From: Chloroflexota bacterium
GTDB lineage: Bacteria > Chloroflexota > Anaerolineae > Anaerolineales > E44-bin32
NCBI GenBank assembly: GCA_027298025.1
Contig: JAPUGV010000277.1
Coordinates: forward strand, 1-47,759
Reading direction: 5' to 3'
Length of the DNA: 47,759 bases
Positions within the stretch are counted from its first letter, which is position 1. Every line of letters begins with the position of its first letter. Below the pieces are notes generated by a model. The model made no database searches, was not told the DNA's origin, and saw only the letters and a program-made list of their open reading frames with translations. Made by a program: the position numbers and the translations under genes. Shown here piece after piece: positions 9,589 to 18,058 of this stretch.

Positions 9589-10669
9589 ATGGAAAGCCTG
9601 ATCGCAGCACTAGAGGCAAGCCAGGCACGTCTCCAGGAACTCCTGGTGCGTCTTTGATTTCCCTGCCAAAGAACAGCAACTAAGTAAGCTCGAGCGCGCG
9701 GCGGAGGATCCCAACCTCTGGGACGACCGGGCGCGCGCTCAAGGTACCATGCGTCGGCTTTCGAAGCTGAGAACAGAAATCGAATCCTGGCACACGTTGA
9801 GCCAGCGCACAGAAGATGCCCTCGAGCTCGCACGACTGGGCGATGACAGCCTGCGGGAGGAAATTGCTCATGAGCTGAAGGTGATCGAGACTGAGCTTGA
9901 AGGCATCGAGTTCGCCACCTTGTTGTCGGGAAAATATGATGCAGACGATGCGATTCTGGCGATCCATGCCGGCGCCGGTGGCACAGATTCCCAAGATTGG
10001 GCGCAGATGCTCGAGAGAATGTACCTCCGGTGGGCGGAGAGCAGAGGGTTCGGAACGGAAATCCTGGATCGCAGCGAGGGCGAAGAGGCGGGCCTCAAGA
10101 GCGTGACCATCGCCGTGGACGGAGATTATGCTTACGGCTACTTGAGATCGGAGGGCGGCGTCCACCGACTGGTTCGGATTTCGCCATTTGATTCGGCACG
10201 GCGCAGGCACACTTCGTTCGTGCTGGTAGAGGTGTACCCGCAGGTGGAGGCGGACACCGAGGTCGAGATCAATATCAAGGACCTCCGCATAGACACTTTC
10301 TTATCTGCTGGCGCAGGCGGACAAAATGTGCAGAAGAACGAAACCGCGGTACGGATTACGCATGTCCCCACCGGAGTCGTCGTCACGAGCCAGAATGAGC
10401 GATCCCAGACGCAGAACAAAGTGAACGCCATGCGGGTTCTCCGAGCGCGGCTGCTCGATTTGCAACGCCAAAAGCGAGAGGAGCAGCTGGCTGAGCTCAA
10501 AGGCGAGCATGTGAGTGCCGAATGGGGAAGCCAGATCCGTTCCTACATTCTCCACCCCTACCAGATGGTTAAGGACCATCGCACGAAACACGAGCGAGGA
10601 AACACGAGCGCGGTCTTGGACGGCGAACTCACTGAGTTTATGGAAGCCTATCTGAAGAGCGGAGCCTAG
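9589..10669 (+). CDS. prfB: peptide chain release factor 2, expressed via +1 programmed frameshift
   Basis: SPF and GGQ motifs in the long frame; 22-codon first ORF from ATG 9589 ends CTT-TGA and the +1 frame from 9656 (DFPAKEQ...DPNLWDD) joins the 9749 ORF. Confidence 0.95.
9644..9658 (+). promoter_or_regulatory. RF2 +1 frameshift cassette (GGTG-CGT-CTT-TGA-T)
   Basis: Slippery CTT followed by TGA, with an SD-like GGTG 3 nt upstream. Confidence 0.9.
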
Positions 10670-10805
10670 CCCACCGCAAATTGATTCGGTGACGAAGGGC
10701 TAATCGCACATTGGACCAGGCTCAATGCATGCGGTACTCGCGATGCTTCCCCATGAGCAGGTTCGGCTATGCGCAGGTGGTCTTAAGAACGATCTATCAC
10801 CTGTG

Positions 10806-10814
10806 TGCTATAAT
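10806..10814 (+). promoter_or_regulatory. extended -10 TGcTATAAT for the secG operon
   Basis: Perfect TGnTATAAT, followed by AGGAG (10826-10830) and TTG 10839. Confidence 0.7.
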
Positions 10815-10838
10815 GCCCCCCGCTCAGGAGCAAGCGCG

Positions 10839-11066
10839 TTGAAGTTCTACCTCAATCTAGCACTCATCATTGTCTCGATCTCGCTAATCATCATGGTCGT
10901 TTTGCAGAGCCGAGGGATTGGGCTAGGCGGCCTCGGCGGTGGCGACTTTGGAGGCAGTGGATACCACGTCCGTCGTGGCGTTGAGCGGTTGATTTTCAAT
11001 ATCACTATCGGGCTGAGCGTCACTTTCTTCGTACTCGCGATTCTGAACGTCACCCTCCCCGGATAG
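10839..11066 (+). CDS. secG: preprotein translocase subunit SecG
   Basis: Two TM helices, LQSRGxGLGG linker, RRGVERxxFxxT; start at TTG behind SD. Confidence 0.9.
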   Translation: MKFYLNLALIIVSISLIIMVVLQSRGIGLGGLGGGDFGGSGYHVRRGVERLIFNITIGLSVTFFVLAILNVTLPG

Positions 11067-11081
11067 TCTCACCCGAAAGTC

Positions 11082-12776
11082 ATGCGCAGGATTATTTGGC
11101 AGCTGGTAATCGCCCTCGGGGGACTCTTGCTCGTTCTTGGTCTGCTGCTCGGCCAAACCCCCGATCCCGAAGCCACATTTGTTCAACCCGTGCACGGCGG
11201 ATCGTATGCCGAGGGCCTCATCGGGCGCTCCATCCGGCTTAATCCGCTTCTAGATCGCGGAAACCAGGTGGATCGGGACATCGATAGACTGCTGTACGGC
11301 GCGTTGGTTCGTTTCAATTCGTTTGGCGACCCAGTTCTTGAGCTGGCCGAGAGCTTTGCTGTATCGGCCGACGCTACGCTCTACAATTTCACGATTCGAG
11401 AAGACGCAATGTGGCACGATGGGGAGCCGGTGACGGCCAACGACGTGATCTATACTTTCTCGAAGTTTGCCGAAGAAGAGTACCCTGCCCCGGAGGATCT
11501 CAAACAGCTGTGGACCGAAGTGCAAGTCGTCAAACTGGATGATAAAAACGTGCAGTTTCAACTTCCGGAACGATTTGCGCCCTTTATGGACTACATGGCC
11601 GTGGGGTTGCTGCCTGATCACCTCCTTCGAGGGGTGGATGCGGAGGCTTTGATCAACCACCCTTTTAACCTGGAGCCTATTGGGAGTGGCCCCTTCAGGT
11701 TTGAGGGATTCCAGCGGGATGACAACGGCGAAGTAACTGGCGTCAGCCTTACGGCCTTTGAAGATTACGCGCTGGGTCAACCGTTCCTCGAGAGGGTGGA
11801 GTTTCGTTTCTTCGGTGACGCTCATGCCGCATTCCAGGCTTTCGAAGACGGCGAGGTGGACGGGATTGGCCAGGTTTCGGAGGAGATTTTGGATTCGGTC
11901 CTGGCGCAGCCCGACCTCAATCTGCACAGTGTGCGGAGCCCGAGTACCGCAATCGTTTTTCTCAATACACGGCATCCGGATAAGGATTACCTTGGCGAAA
12001 AAGACTTTCGGCAAGCCCTGACGATGGCGGTCGATCGGCAGCGGATGATCGGAGAGCTCCTCGGCGGGCAGGGACTGGTAGCCTCCGGACCGATCCTGCC
12101 GGGCAACTGGGCTTTCGCCCCAAACTTGGAGCCGCTTCCCTTTGACATGCTTGCTGCAGAGGAGCTGCTGGCCGACCAGGGCTGGGAAGTACCTGCCGGC
12201 ATTCCGCGGGGTTCACCAGATTACATTCGCACCGATGGAGAAAACCAACTATCGATCCAGCTAGCCCACCTCGACGACGCTCTGTATACAGCAGTGGCCG
12301 AGATGTTGCAGGCGAGTTGGCAGAGCGTAGGAATTAGTGTGGAGCTCGTTTCGCTTCCGGCGCCTGCCATAGTCTCTGACATGTTGATCCCGAGACAGTT
12401 TGAAGCGGTGCTAACGGAGCTGGATGCCTCTCAGGTGGCTGATCCAGATCCCTATTCGTTTTGGCACGATTCTCAGGCTGAGACGGGCCAAAACTACAGC
12501 GGGTTCGAAGATCGCAACATTAGCCTCTGGCTGGAGCAAGCCCGCATTACCCCCAACAAGGATCGGCGACAAGAGCACTATCGGGATTTTCAATTCCGAT
12601 TCCGGGATCAAGCACCCGCGCTTTTGCTTTATCATCCTATTTTCAACTATGCCATTAGTTCAGACATTCAAGGAGCAAATCTTGGACCGGTCTATGATCC
12701 TAGCGATCGATTTGCTAATATCAAGGACTGGTTCTTGCTTGTGCGCCGAGGCTTCTCTGGCGCAGAGGAAACATGA
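11082..12776 (+). CDS. family 5 (peptide/nickel) ABC substrate-binding protein, N-terminal TM anchor
   Basis: LNP, WHDGEPVTANDVIYT, PIGSGPF, RQALxxAVDR and NYSG motifs. Confidence 0.9.
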   Translation: MRRIIWQLVIALGGLLLVLGLLLGQTPDPEATFVQPVHGGSYAEGLIGRSIRLNPLLDRGNQVDRDIDRLLYGALVRFNSFGDPVLELAESFAVSADATLYNFTIREDAMWHDGEPVTANDVIYTFSKFAEEEYPAPEDLKQLWTEVQVVKLDDKNVQFQLPERFAPFMDYMAVGLLPDHLLRGVDAEALINHPFNLEPIGSGPFRFEGFQRDDNGEVTGVSLTAFEDYALGQPFLERVEFRFFGDAHAAFQAFEDGEVDGIGQVSEEILDSVLAQPDLNLHSVRSPSTAIVFLNTRHPDKDYLGEKDFRQALTMAVDRQRMIGELLGGQGLVASGPILPGNWAFAPNLEPLPFDMLAAEELLADQGWEVPAGIPRGSPDYIRTDGENQLSIQLAHLDDALYTAVAEMLQASWQSVGISVELVSLPAPAIVSDMLIPRQFEAVLTELDASQVADPDPYSFWHDSQAETGQNYSGFEDRNISLWLEQARITPNKDRRQEHYRDFQFRFRDQAPALLLYHPIFNYAISSDIQGANLGPVYDPSDRFANIKDWFLLVRRGFSGAEET

Positions 12777-13477
12777 TCAAACTGGGCGATTTTAAGGCGG
12801 ACGATGACGTGCAGGGCAAGGTAACCCGCATTGGCGTTGCAGGAGCCTTCCTGGACGTCGGCGCGGAAGTCGAGGGATTCGTTCACATCTCTCGCCTGTT
12901 GCCCCGGTCTAATCGCGTCGAGGATGTGCTCACTGTAGGCCAGGAGGTCGAGCTCTGGGTGAACAAGGTGGATCCCGCCACCGAGCGGCTCGAGCTGACG
13001 ATGATCCGCCCCATTCGATTGAAGTGGAGTCAGATTAAACCCGGCATGAAAGCCGAGGGCGCGGTTACCCGGCTTGAAAAATTTGGCGCCTTCGTAGACA
13101 TTGGCGCTGAAAGAGACGGGCTAGTTCACGTTAGCGAAATGAGCGACGGCTATGTACGCGATCCAGCCAATGTGGCCCGAGTGGGCGATCAAGTCGAGGT
13201 CGCAGTGCTTGAGGTAGATCGCGGCAAGAGGCAAATCCGGCTTACCATGAACCTCCCTCCCGACGAGTATATGGAGGATGACGAAGAGCAAGAAGAATTG
13301 CCGACCGCAATGGAGATCGCATTACGACAAGCTATGGATTCCCCCTCCTCCGAATCTCTGGCCCCAGAAGATTCAAAGTCGGCTGACAAACGGAAGATAA
13401 TTCAGGACGAGCTGCTCGACCGTACCCTGTCCGATCGGGTCGAGACCTCAACCGAGAGCAGAACAAAGGAAGATTAA
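12773..13477 (+). CDS. two-S1-domain RNA-binding protein with acidic tail
   Basis: Two repeats, GAFLDVG..EGFVHIS and GAFVDIG..DGLVHVSEM; ATGA overlap with upstream gene. Confidence 0.88.
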   Translation: MIKLGDFKADDDVQGKVTRIGVAGAFLDVGAEVEGFVHISRLLPRSNRVEDVLTVGQEVELWVNKVDPATERLELTMIRPIRLKWSQIKPGMKAEGAVTRLEKFGAFVDIGAERDGLVHVSEMSDGYVRDPANVARVGDQVEVAVLEVDRGKRQIRLTMNLPPDEYMEDDEEQEELPTAMEIALRQAMDSPSSESLAPEDSKSADKRKIIQDELLDRTLSDRVETSTESRTKED

Positions 13478-13499
13478 TACAAGGTCTAGGCCACGTATC

Positions 13500-13530
13500 A
13501 AGAAAAGACCGAGGCCAAATTCACCTCGGT
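13500..13530 (-). terminator. intrinsic terminator of the rel operon
   Basis: Stem ACCGAGG/CCTCGGT followed on the minus strand by CTTTTCTT, between convergent genes. Confidence 0.65.
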
Positions 13531-13558
13531 TGCGCCTTATTGAAGAGCCCCTCGGATC

Positions 13559-13801
13559 CTAAGTCTCTTCTTCTTCCTCACCCTCCATCCATAAGTCGTC
13601 TTCGTCTTCCTCTGGCTCGAGGAGCTCATCCCTTTCCCAAATTTCATCCAGCCCTTCCTCGTTCCAGTCGTCGTCCGAGGCGTCGGAGAGGTGGGTGAAA
13701 GTCATGCAGCCGACCTCCGGATCAATCTCTACTGCCGAAGCTCCGCAGTAACCCGCATCCAAAAATACGCATTCAATGTAATGGCAACGGATTCTTGGCA
13801 A
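13559..13801 (-). CDS. small protein, four-Cys N-terminal domain (DUF1540-like) plus acidic tail
   Basis: RCxxxxCxxxxxxxCxAxxVxI...CMTF spacing; D/E-rich C-terminus; 6 nt after rel. Confidence 0.7.
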   Translation of the reverse strand: MPRIRCHYIECVFLDAGYCGASAVEIDPEVGCMTFTHLSDASDDDWNEEGLDEIWERDELLEPEEDEDDLWMEGEEEEET

Positions 13802-13807
13802 TTCGCA

Positions 13808-15958
13808 TTACCCTGGTTGAATTCTGCGCGCTTCGAGCACATTAGGAAGCGCTTCGAGTCGATTTAGGACACGGCTCAGTTGGGCGAGATCCGTAATTCC
13901 CATGATGAGGTCGAAAATGGCCAAACTCTCGTCGGTCGACACATGGATAGAGGACATGCTGATCCCCTCGTTCGCTACAAGGGTCGAGACATCCCGCATG
14001 AGGCCATCGCGATCGTAGGCTCGAATCTGGACTGACACGGGGTAAGTATCCTTCGCTTTGCCCCAGGATACGCTAACTAATCGTTCCTTATCTCTGAGTC
14101 GAAGAACGTTGGGGCAGTCTTGCCGATGAATGGTTGCCCCACGACCGCGGGTTACGTAGCCGATTATTGGATCACCCGGAACAGGATTGCAGCATCGACC
14201 CAATTTCGTGAGCAATCCAGAAAGCCCCAGAACACTCACTTCTGCGGCCTCTTTCGGAGCGCTTGGCCTACTGAGCGGCATAGGGATTGCCAGCTGCGAC
14301 TCTTCCCGCTCAGCCGCGCGGTTGACGATCTTGCCAAGGTTGAGATCGCCTACGCCAACTGCGGCGAGGAGATCGTCTCGGGAGGGGTATTTCATATCCT
14401 CTGCGAGTTGGTCGATATCAAATTCCTGAATCCCAAGTCGCCGGATCTCACGCTCTACTAGCTGCTGGCCGTGCGAAATATTCTGCTCCCGATCCTGTTT
14501 GCGAAACCATTGCCGGATCTTCGAGCGCGCTCTCTGGCTCTTCACCATCTCAAGGCTGGGGTTGAGCCAATCGCGGCTAGGGCCGCCCCGTTTGGTGGTC
14601 AGGATTTCAATCGAGTCACCGGTCTTCAGTTTGGTATCCAAGCTGACCAGCTTTCCCCCCACCCGTGCTCCGCGACATCGATGGCCAATTTCCGTGTGAA
14701 TGTGATACGCAAAGTCGATGGGAGTCGAGTCTACGGGCAAATCGATGATATCCCCACGCGGAGTAAACACGAATACGCGATCCTCGAGGACATCGGATTT
14801 CATGGCATCCATGAAGTCGCCGGCATCGGTAACATCCTGGCGCCACTCCATCAGGCTGCGTAGCCAGTTGACGCGCCGCTCGAATCCGTCGTCGCGAACA
14901 CGTTCTTCCTTGTATCTCCAGTGTGCTGCGATCCCGAACTCGGCATTCTCGTCCATCTCAGGAGTGCGGATCTGGACTTCCACTGTCTTGCCGTCGTCAA
15001 AGATCACTGCAGTATGGAGGGATTGATAGAAGTTGTCTTTGGGAGTGGCAATATAGTCATCGAAGGTGCCGGGTACCGGCTTCCAGCGATTGTGAATAAC
15101 CCCCAGAGCCAAATAGCAATCCGAGTCGGATTGTACGAGCACCCTAACCCCCCGGATGTCGTACACCTCTTCGAAGGGAACATCTTTGCGTTCCATTTTG
15201 CGGAAGATCGAATACAGATGCTTGGGTCGTGCCTGGACCTCCGCTTCAATACTGGTTTCCCCCAGAAGGCCTTGCACGTCCTCCCGAATAGCCGTCATGT
15301 TCTGCTCGCGATCCACGCGGCGAATTGCCACCTGATCTCCTAACATCTTGTATTCGTCCGGGTGGACATAGCGAAAGGCTAGATCTTCCAGTTCCCATTT
15401 GACCTGCCAAATCCCGAGCCTGCTGGCCAGGGGGGCGAAGATTTCGATGGTCTCAATGGCTATCCGCTGGCGACGCTCAGCCGATAAATGAGACAAAGTG
15501 CGCATGTTATGCAGTCGATCGGCAAGCTTGATGACCACCACCCGGACGTCGTCTCCCATCGCCAGAAATGTCTTGCGCAGGGTCTCATTTGCCAGCTCGC
15601 GACGTTCCGGTCGTTCTCCCCGATTGTTGCGACTCACTCGAGGCAGCTGGGTGAGCTTGGTCACGCCGTCTACGAGCTGGGTAATTTCCGGTCCGAATTC
15701 ATCATTGAGGTCGTCGAGCGTGAGATCCGTGTCCTCGACTGTGTCGTGCAACAGTGCGGCCACGACGGTGGGGGTGGGTGCGCCCAATTCTGCCATGATC
15801 GTCGCAACTGCCAAGCAGTGATTGATGTACGCCTCCCCCGAGGCTCGCTTCTGACCCTTATGCGCCTTCCTAGCCACTTCATAGGCGCGGCGAATCTGTT
15901 CCTCGTCGCTCGGTGAGGTTTGCTCTGGAAGCGCTTCTAACAGCCGCTCAAGTTTCAT
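13808..15958 (-). CDS. relA: bifunctional (p)ppGpp synthetase/hydrolase Rel
   Basis: Intact HD motif (LLHDTVED), ADRLHNMRT, RPKH, YQSLHT, EVQIRT, TGS, CCNP and ACT domains. Confidence 0.96.
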   Translation of the reverse strand: MKLERLLEALPEQTSPSDEEQIRRAYEVARKAHKGQKRASGEAYINHCLAVATIMAELGAPTPTVVAALLHDTVEDTDLTLDDLNDEFGPEITQLVDGVTKLTQLPRVSRNNRGERPERRELANETLRKTFLAMGDDVRVVVIKLADRLHNMRTLSHLSAERRQRIAIETIEIFAPLASRLGIWQVKWELEDLAFRYVHPDEYKMLGDQVAIRRVDREQNMTAIREDVQGLLGETSIEAEVQARPKHLYSIFRKMERKDVPFEEVYDIRGVRVLVQSDSDCYLALGVIHNRWKPVPGTFDDYIATPKDNFYQSLHTAVIFDDGKTVEVQIRTPEMDENAEFGIAAHWRYKEERVRDDGFERRVNWLRSLMEWRQDVTDAGDFMDAMKSDVLEDRVFVFTPRGDIIDLPVDSTPIDFAYHIHTEIGHRCRGARVGGKLVSLDTKLKTGDSIEILTTKRGGPSRDWLNPSLEMVKSQRARSKIRQWFRKQDREQNISHGQQLVEREIRRLGIQEFDIDQLAEDMKYPSRDDLLAAVGVGDLNLGKIVNRAAEREESQLAIPMPLSRPSAPKEAAEVSVLGLSGLLTKLGRCCNPVPGDPIIGYVTRGRGATIHRQDCPNVLRLRDKERLVSVSWGKAKDTYPVSVQIRAYDRDGLMRDVSTLVANEGISMSSIHVSTDESLAIFDLIMGITDLAQLSRVLNRLEALPNVLEARRIQPG

Positions 15959-15974
15959 TGAATTCTATTGAATC

Positions 15975-16003
15975 AGTATAGCTGGTGGAAAGTTCGCCTT
16001 CAA
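15975..16003 (-). promoter_or_regulatory. sigma70-type promoter TTGAAG-N17-TATACT for rel
   Basis: Both hexamers with an exact 17 nt spacer; about 10 nt AU-rich leader with no SD. Confidence 0.7.
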
Positions 16004-16065
16004 GTGCCGCAGAAGGGTCCCACAGATTGCTTTTCAGGCGGAAAGGAGTGGATGTAGGCGCAGAA

Positions 16066-17184
16066 CTAGCCGCCCGGGCGAAAGGGAGGGGAGGGCACAC
16101 GATCCACCCAGTAGTCCATAATTTCGATTGCAGCGCTGTCGCGTGCCTCAGCAATCCAGGTATTGAGCGCTTGAGATACGGCGAGACGATACGCTGAAGC
16201 ACTTAGCTCTCGGTCTTCGTGGCCTAGGATTTCAATGAGATGCCAGCCGAAATCAGTCTCGACTGGGCCCACGATCTCACCGATCGCTCCTCCGAACGCG
16301 GCCTCCTCAAAGGCCTCCACCATCCGTCCGCGGCCAAACCAGTCCAAGTTTCCCCCCTGCTCCTTATTCGACTCATCGAGAGAGTATTCGGAAGCCAAGT
16401 CGCCCCACTCCTCTCCCTCCTCAACGCGGGCCAGGAGATCTGCGGCTTCCTGCTCTTCCTCAACAAGGATGTGGCGTGCCCAGACCTGGTCTTGTGTCTC
16501 ATCGACCTGGTCCTCAAAGTCGGCTTCAAGCCGCTCCCGAAGCATTCTGGCGCGCACATCGGCTCGCAGCGTGGCCTCATCAACTCCAAATGCCCCGATA
16601 TTGGTGAGGTAGGCCTCGAAGTTGCTCTCAAAAAGCTCGCGAGTGTACGGGGTTGCGATGGGGCTCGGAGTCCCATCGACCGCTGGCGCGGGTGTAGCTG
16701 CATCCTGCTCTCCAAAGAATCCCAGACTTTCTTCTATGAAGGCGTCAATCTCTGCCTCTGAAACGTCGATCCCTCGACGCCCAGCCTCCTGTTCGATGAG
16801 CTGCTCTTGGATTAGCAAGTCCAGGATGTTGCTACCTATAAATAGGGGGTTGGCTAATTGCTGGCCAATGTTGGTCAATTGAGACTGATAGGCAGAAAAG
16901 GTTTCGGGGTCATCGCCGAGAATCTGGAGTGCTTGCTGCAAGTTGGTAAATTGGTTGGTGAGGTTCCATTGCGCGAGACTCACTCGCCCCTGGAATTCAG
17001 CCGTCGTAATTTCGCCCTCCCCGATGATCGCGATAGGTTGATTGGGCTGGACGAAGAAAGCCTGCACTAGCCCATACGCCACAAGGCCCACCACGACCGC
17101 GGTCACTACCGCCGCGCCAATTAGGATCCTACGGCGAAGCCGTCGTTCGCGCTCCCCTATTGCAATATGCTTTCGATTTATCAG
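16066..17184 (-). CDS. membrane-anchored PrsA/SurA-like parvulin peptidyl-prolyl isomerase
   Basis: VWARHILV, LASEYSLD, GGNLDWF, GPVETDFGWHLI; start uncertain (CTG 17184 behind GAGGA, or GTG 17106). Confidence 0.88.
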   Translation of the reverse strand: MINRKHIAIGERERRLRRRILIGAAVVTAVVVGLVAYGLVQAFFVQPNQPIAIIGEGEITTAEFQGRVSLAQWNLTNQFTNLQQALQILGDDPETFSAYQSQLTNIGQQLANPLFIGSNILDLLIQEQLIEQEAGRRGIDVSEAEIDAFIEESLGFFGEQDAATPAPAVDGTPSPIATPYTRELFESNFEAYLTNIGAFGVDEATLRADVRARMLRERLEADFEDQVDETQDQVWARHILVEEEQEAADLLARVEEGEEWGDLASEYSLDESNKEQGGNLDWFGRGRMVEAFEEAAFGGAIGEIVGPVETDFGWHLIEILGHEDRELSASAYRLAVSQALNTWIAEARDSAAIEIMDYWVDRVPSPPFRPGG

Positions 17185-17206
17185 GGGAATCCTCTTGAGA
17201 TCTTCG

Positions 17207-17464
17207 CTATCGATAGCGTCCGGATGTAAATGCCATTAGCGCCATGTGCCGGGATCGCTTGATTGCCTTCGCCAGCGCGCGTTGGTGCTTAGCACAGGTG
17301 CCGGTTTCTCTCCGGGGACGGATCTTACCGGTGTCCTTTACCAGCCGCTTCAATATGTCGGTTTTCTTGTAATTAATCGTCTTGCTTGGATCTGTGCAAA
17401 ACTGACAGGTCCGGGGCCTTCTCCTGAATCGTCTGCGCGGGCCATCATGTGATCGGGTCGCCAT
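17207..17464 (-). CDS. rpsR: 30S ribosomal protein S18 (Cys-containing, Zn-binding form)
   Basis: CQFC, INYK, GKIRPRRETGTCAKHQR, AIKRSRHMAL. Confidence 0.97.
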   Translation of the reverse strand: MATRSHDGPRRRFRRRPRTCQFCTDPSKTINYKKTDILKRLVKDTGKIRPRRETGTCAKHQRALAKAIKRSRHMALMAFTSGRYR

Positions 17465-17551
17465 TTATGCTCTCTCCACTTCGTATTGGAATCATCTAGC
17501 GGACTCAGCCTCGTCCAGTTGAGCGGTTTCAGGTCTTACTCAGTCCGCGAG

Positions 17552-17842
17552 TCACGACTCCTTCAATGTAAGAAGATATCTTAAGACTTGCTCACTGAGT
17601 TCTAGATCCCTTTCGATAGCCATACCAGCCTGAGGGGGCATCTCTGTCTCAAAAATGAAATAGTACCCTTCGGAGCGCTTCCGAATGGGATAGGCCAGCT
17701 TGCGCTTGCCCCAGCGATCTACATTTAGGGTCTTACCCTGTGCGGCATCGATCCACGATTTGACTCGCTCTTCGAGCGAGCCGAGCGCCTCCTCATCGAG
17801 GTCTGGATCCGCGATATAAGCAAGTTCGTATTTACGCAACAC
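17552..17842 (-). CDS. rpsF: 30S ribosomal protein S6
   Basis: RKYE, WGKRKLAYPI, EGYY and VLRYL motifs. Confidence 0.96.
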   Translation of the reverse strand: MLRKYELAYIADPDLDEEALGSLEERVKSWIDAAQGKTLNVDRWGKRKLAYPIRKRSEGYYFIFETEMPPQAGMAIERDLELSEQVLRYLLTLKES

Positions 17843-17902
17843 TCAACCTCCTCCCACGGGATTGCCCCAAACTCACCGCGAGGATGCGGAGGAATGGAGC
17901 GG
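17843..17902 (-). ncRNA. putative S6:S18 autoregulatory leader
   Basis: On the mRNA: GCUCCA/UGGGGC stem, then AAUCCCG, then GGGAGGAGG SD; same layout as the known rpsF leader. Confidence 0.6.
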
Positions 17903-17916
17903 AAAGTAGCCGATAG

Positions 17917-17925
17917 AGTTTATCA
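17917..17925 (-). promoter_or_regulatory. extended -10 TGaTAAACT for rpsF-rpsR
   Basis: TGnTAAACT just upstream of the leader. Confidence 0.5.
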
Positions 17926-17973
17926 TACGGGAGTACGACGACCCGGGCAGAGCGATAGTTCAGGATTTCACGG

Positions 17974-17979
17974 TATAAT
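17974..17979 (+). promoter_or_regulatory. -10 TATAAT for the pgm-tatD-polyprenyl synthase-upp operon
   Basis: Perfect hexamer in a divergent intergenic region; strong SD AGGAGG before ATG 18059. Confidence 0.6.
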
Positions 17980-18058
17980 CGGCGGCGAAGATCATAACTC
18001 AACATAATAAGAACCAGGCTGCTGCAAGACTGGGCGCAACGAACTGCCAGGAGGAGAA

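Noticed and set aside
9589-9748. prfB as a pseudogene or truncated gene
   Set aside because: The break is the canonical CTT-TGA programmed frameshift site.
11250-12014. 254-aa antisense ORF and the many other nested ORFs in the track
   Set aside because: Fully overlap well-supported genes and show no recognisable domains.
15948-16202. Short ORFs across the rel-PPIase gap
   Set aside because: Overlap the rel promoter and flanking genes; no SD or protein-like features.
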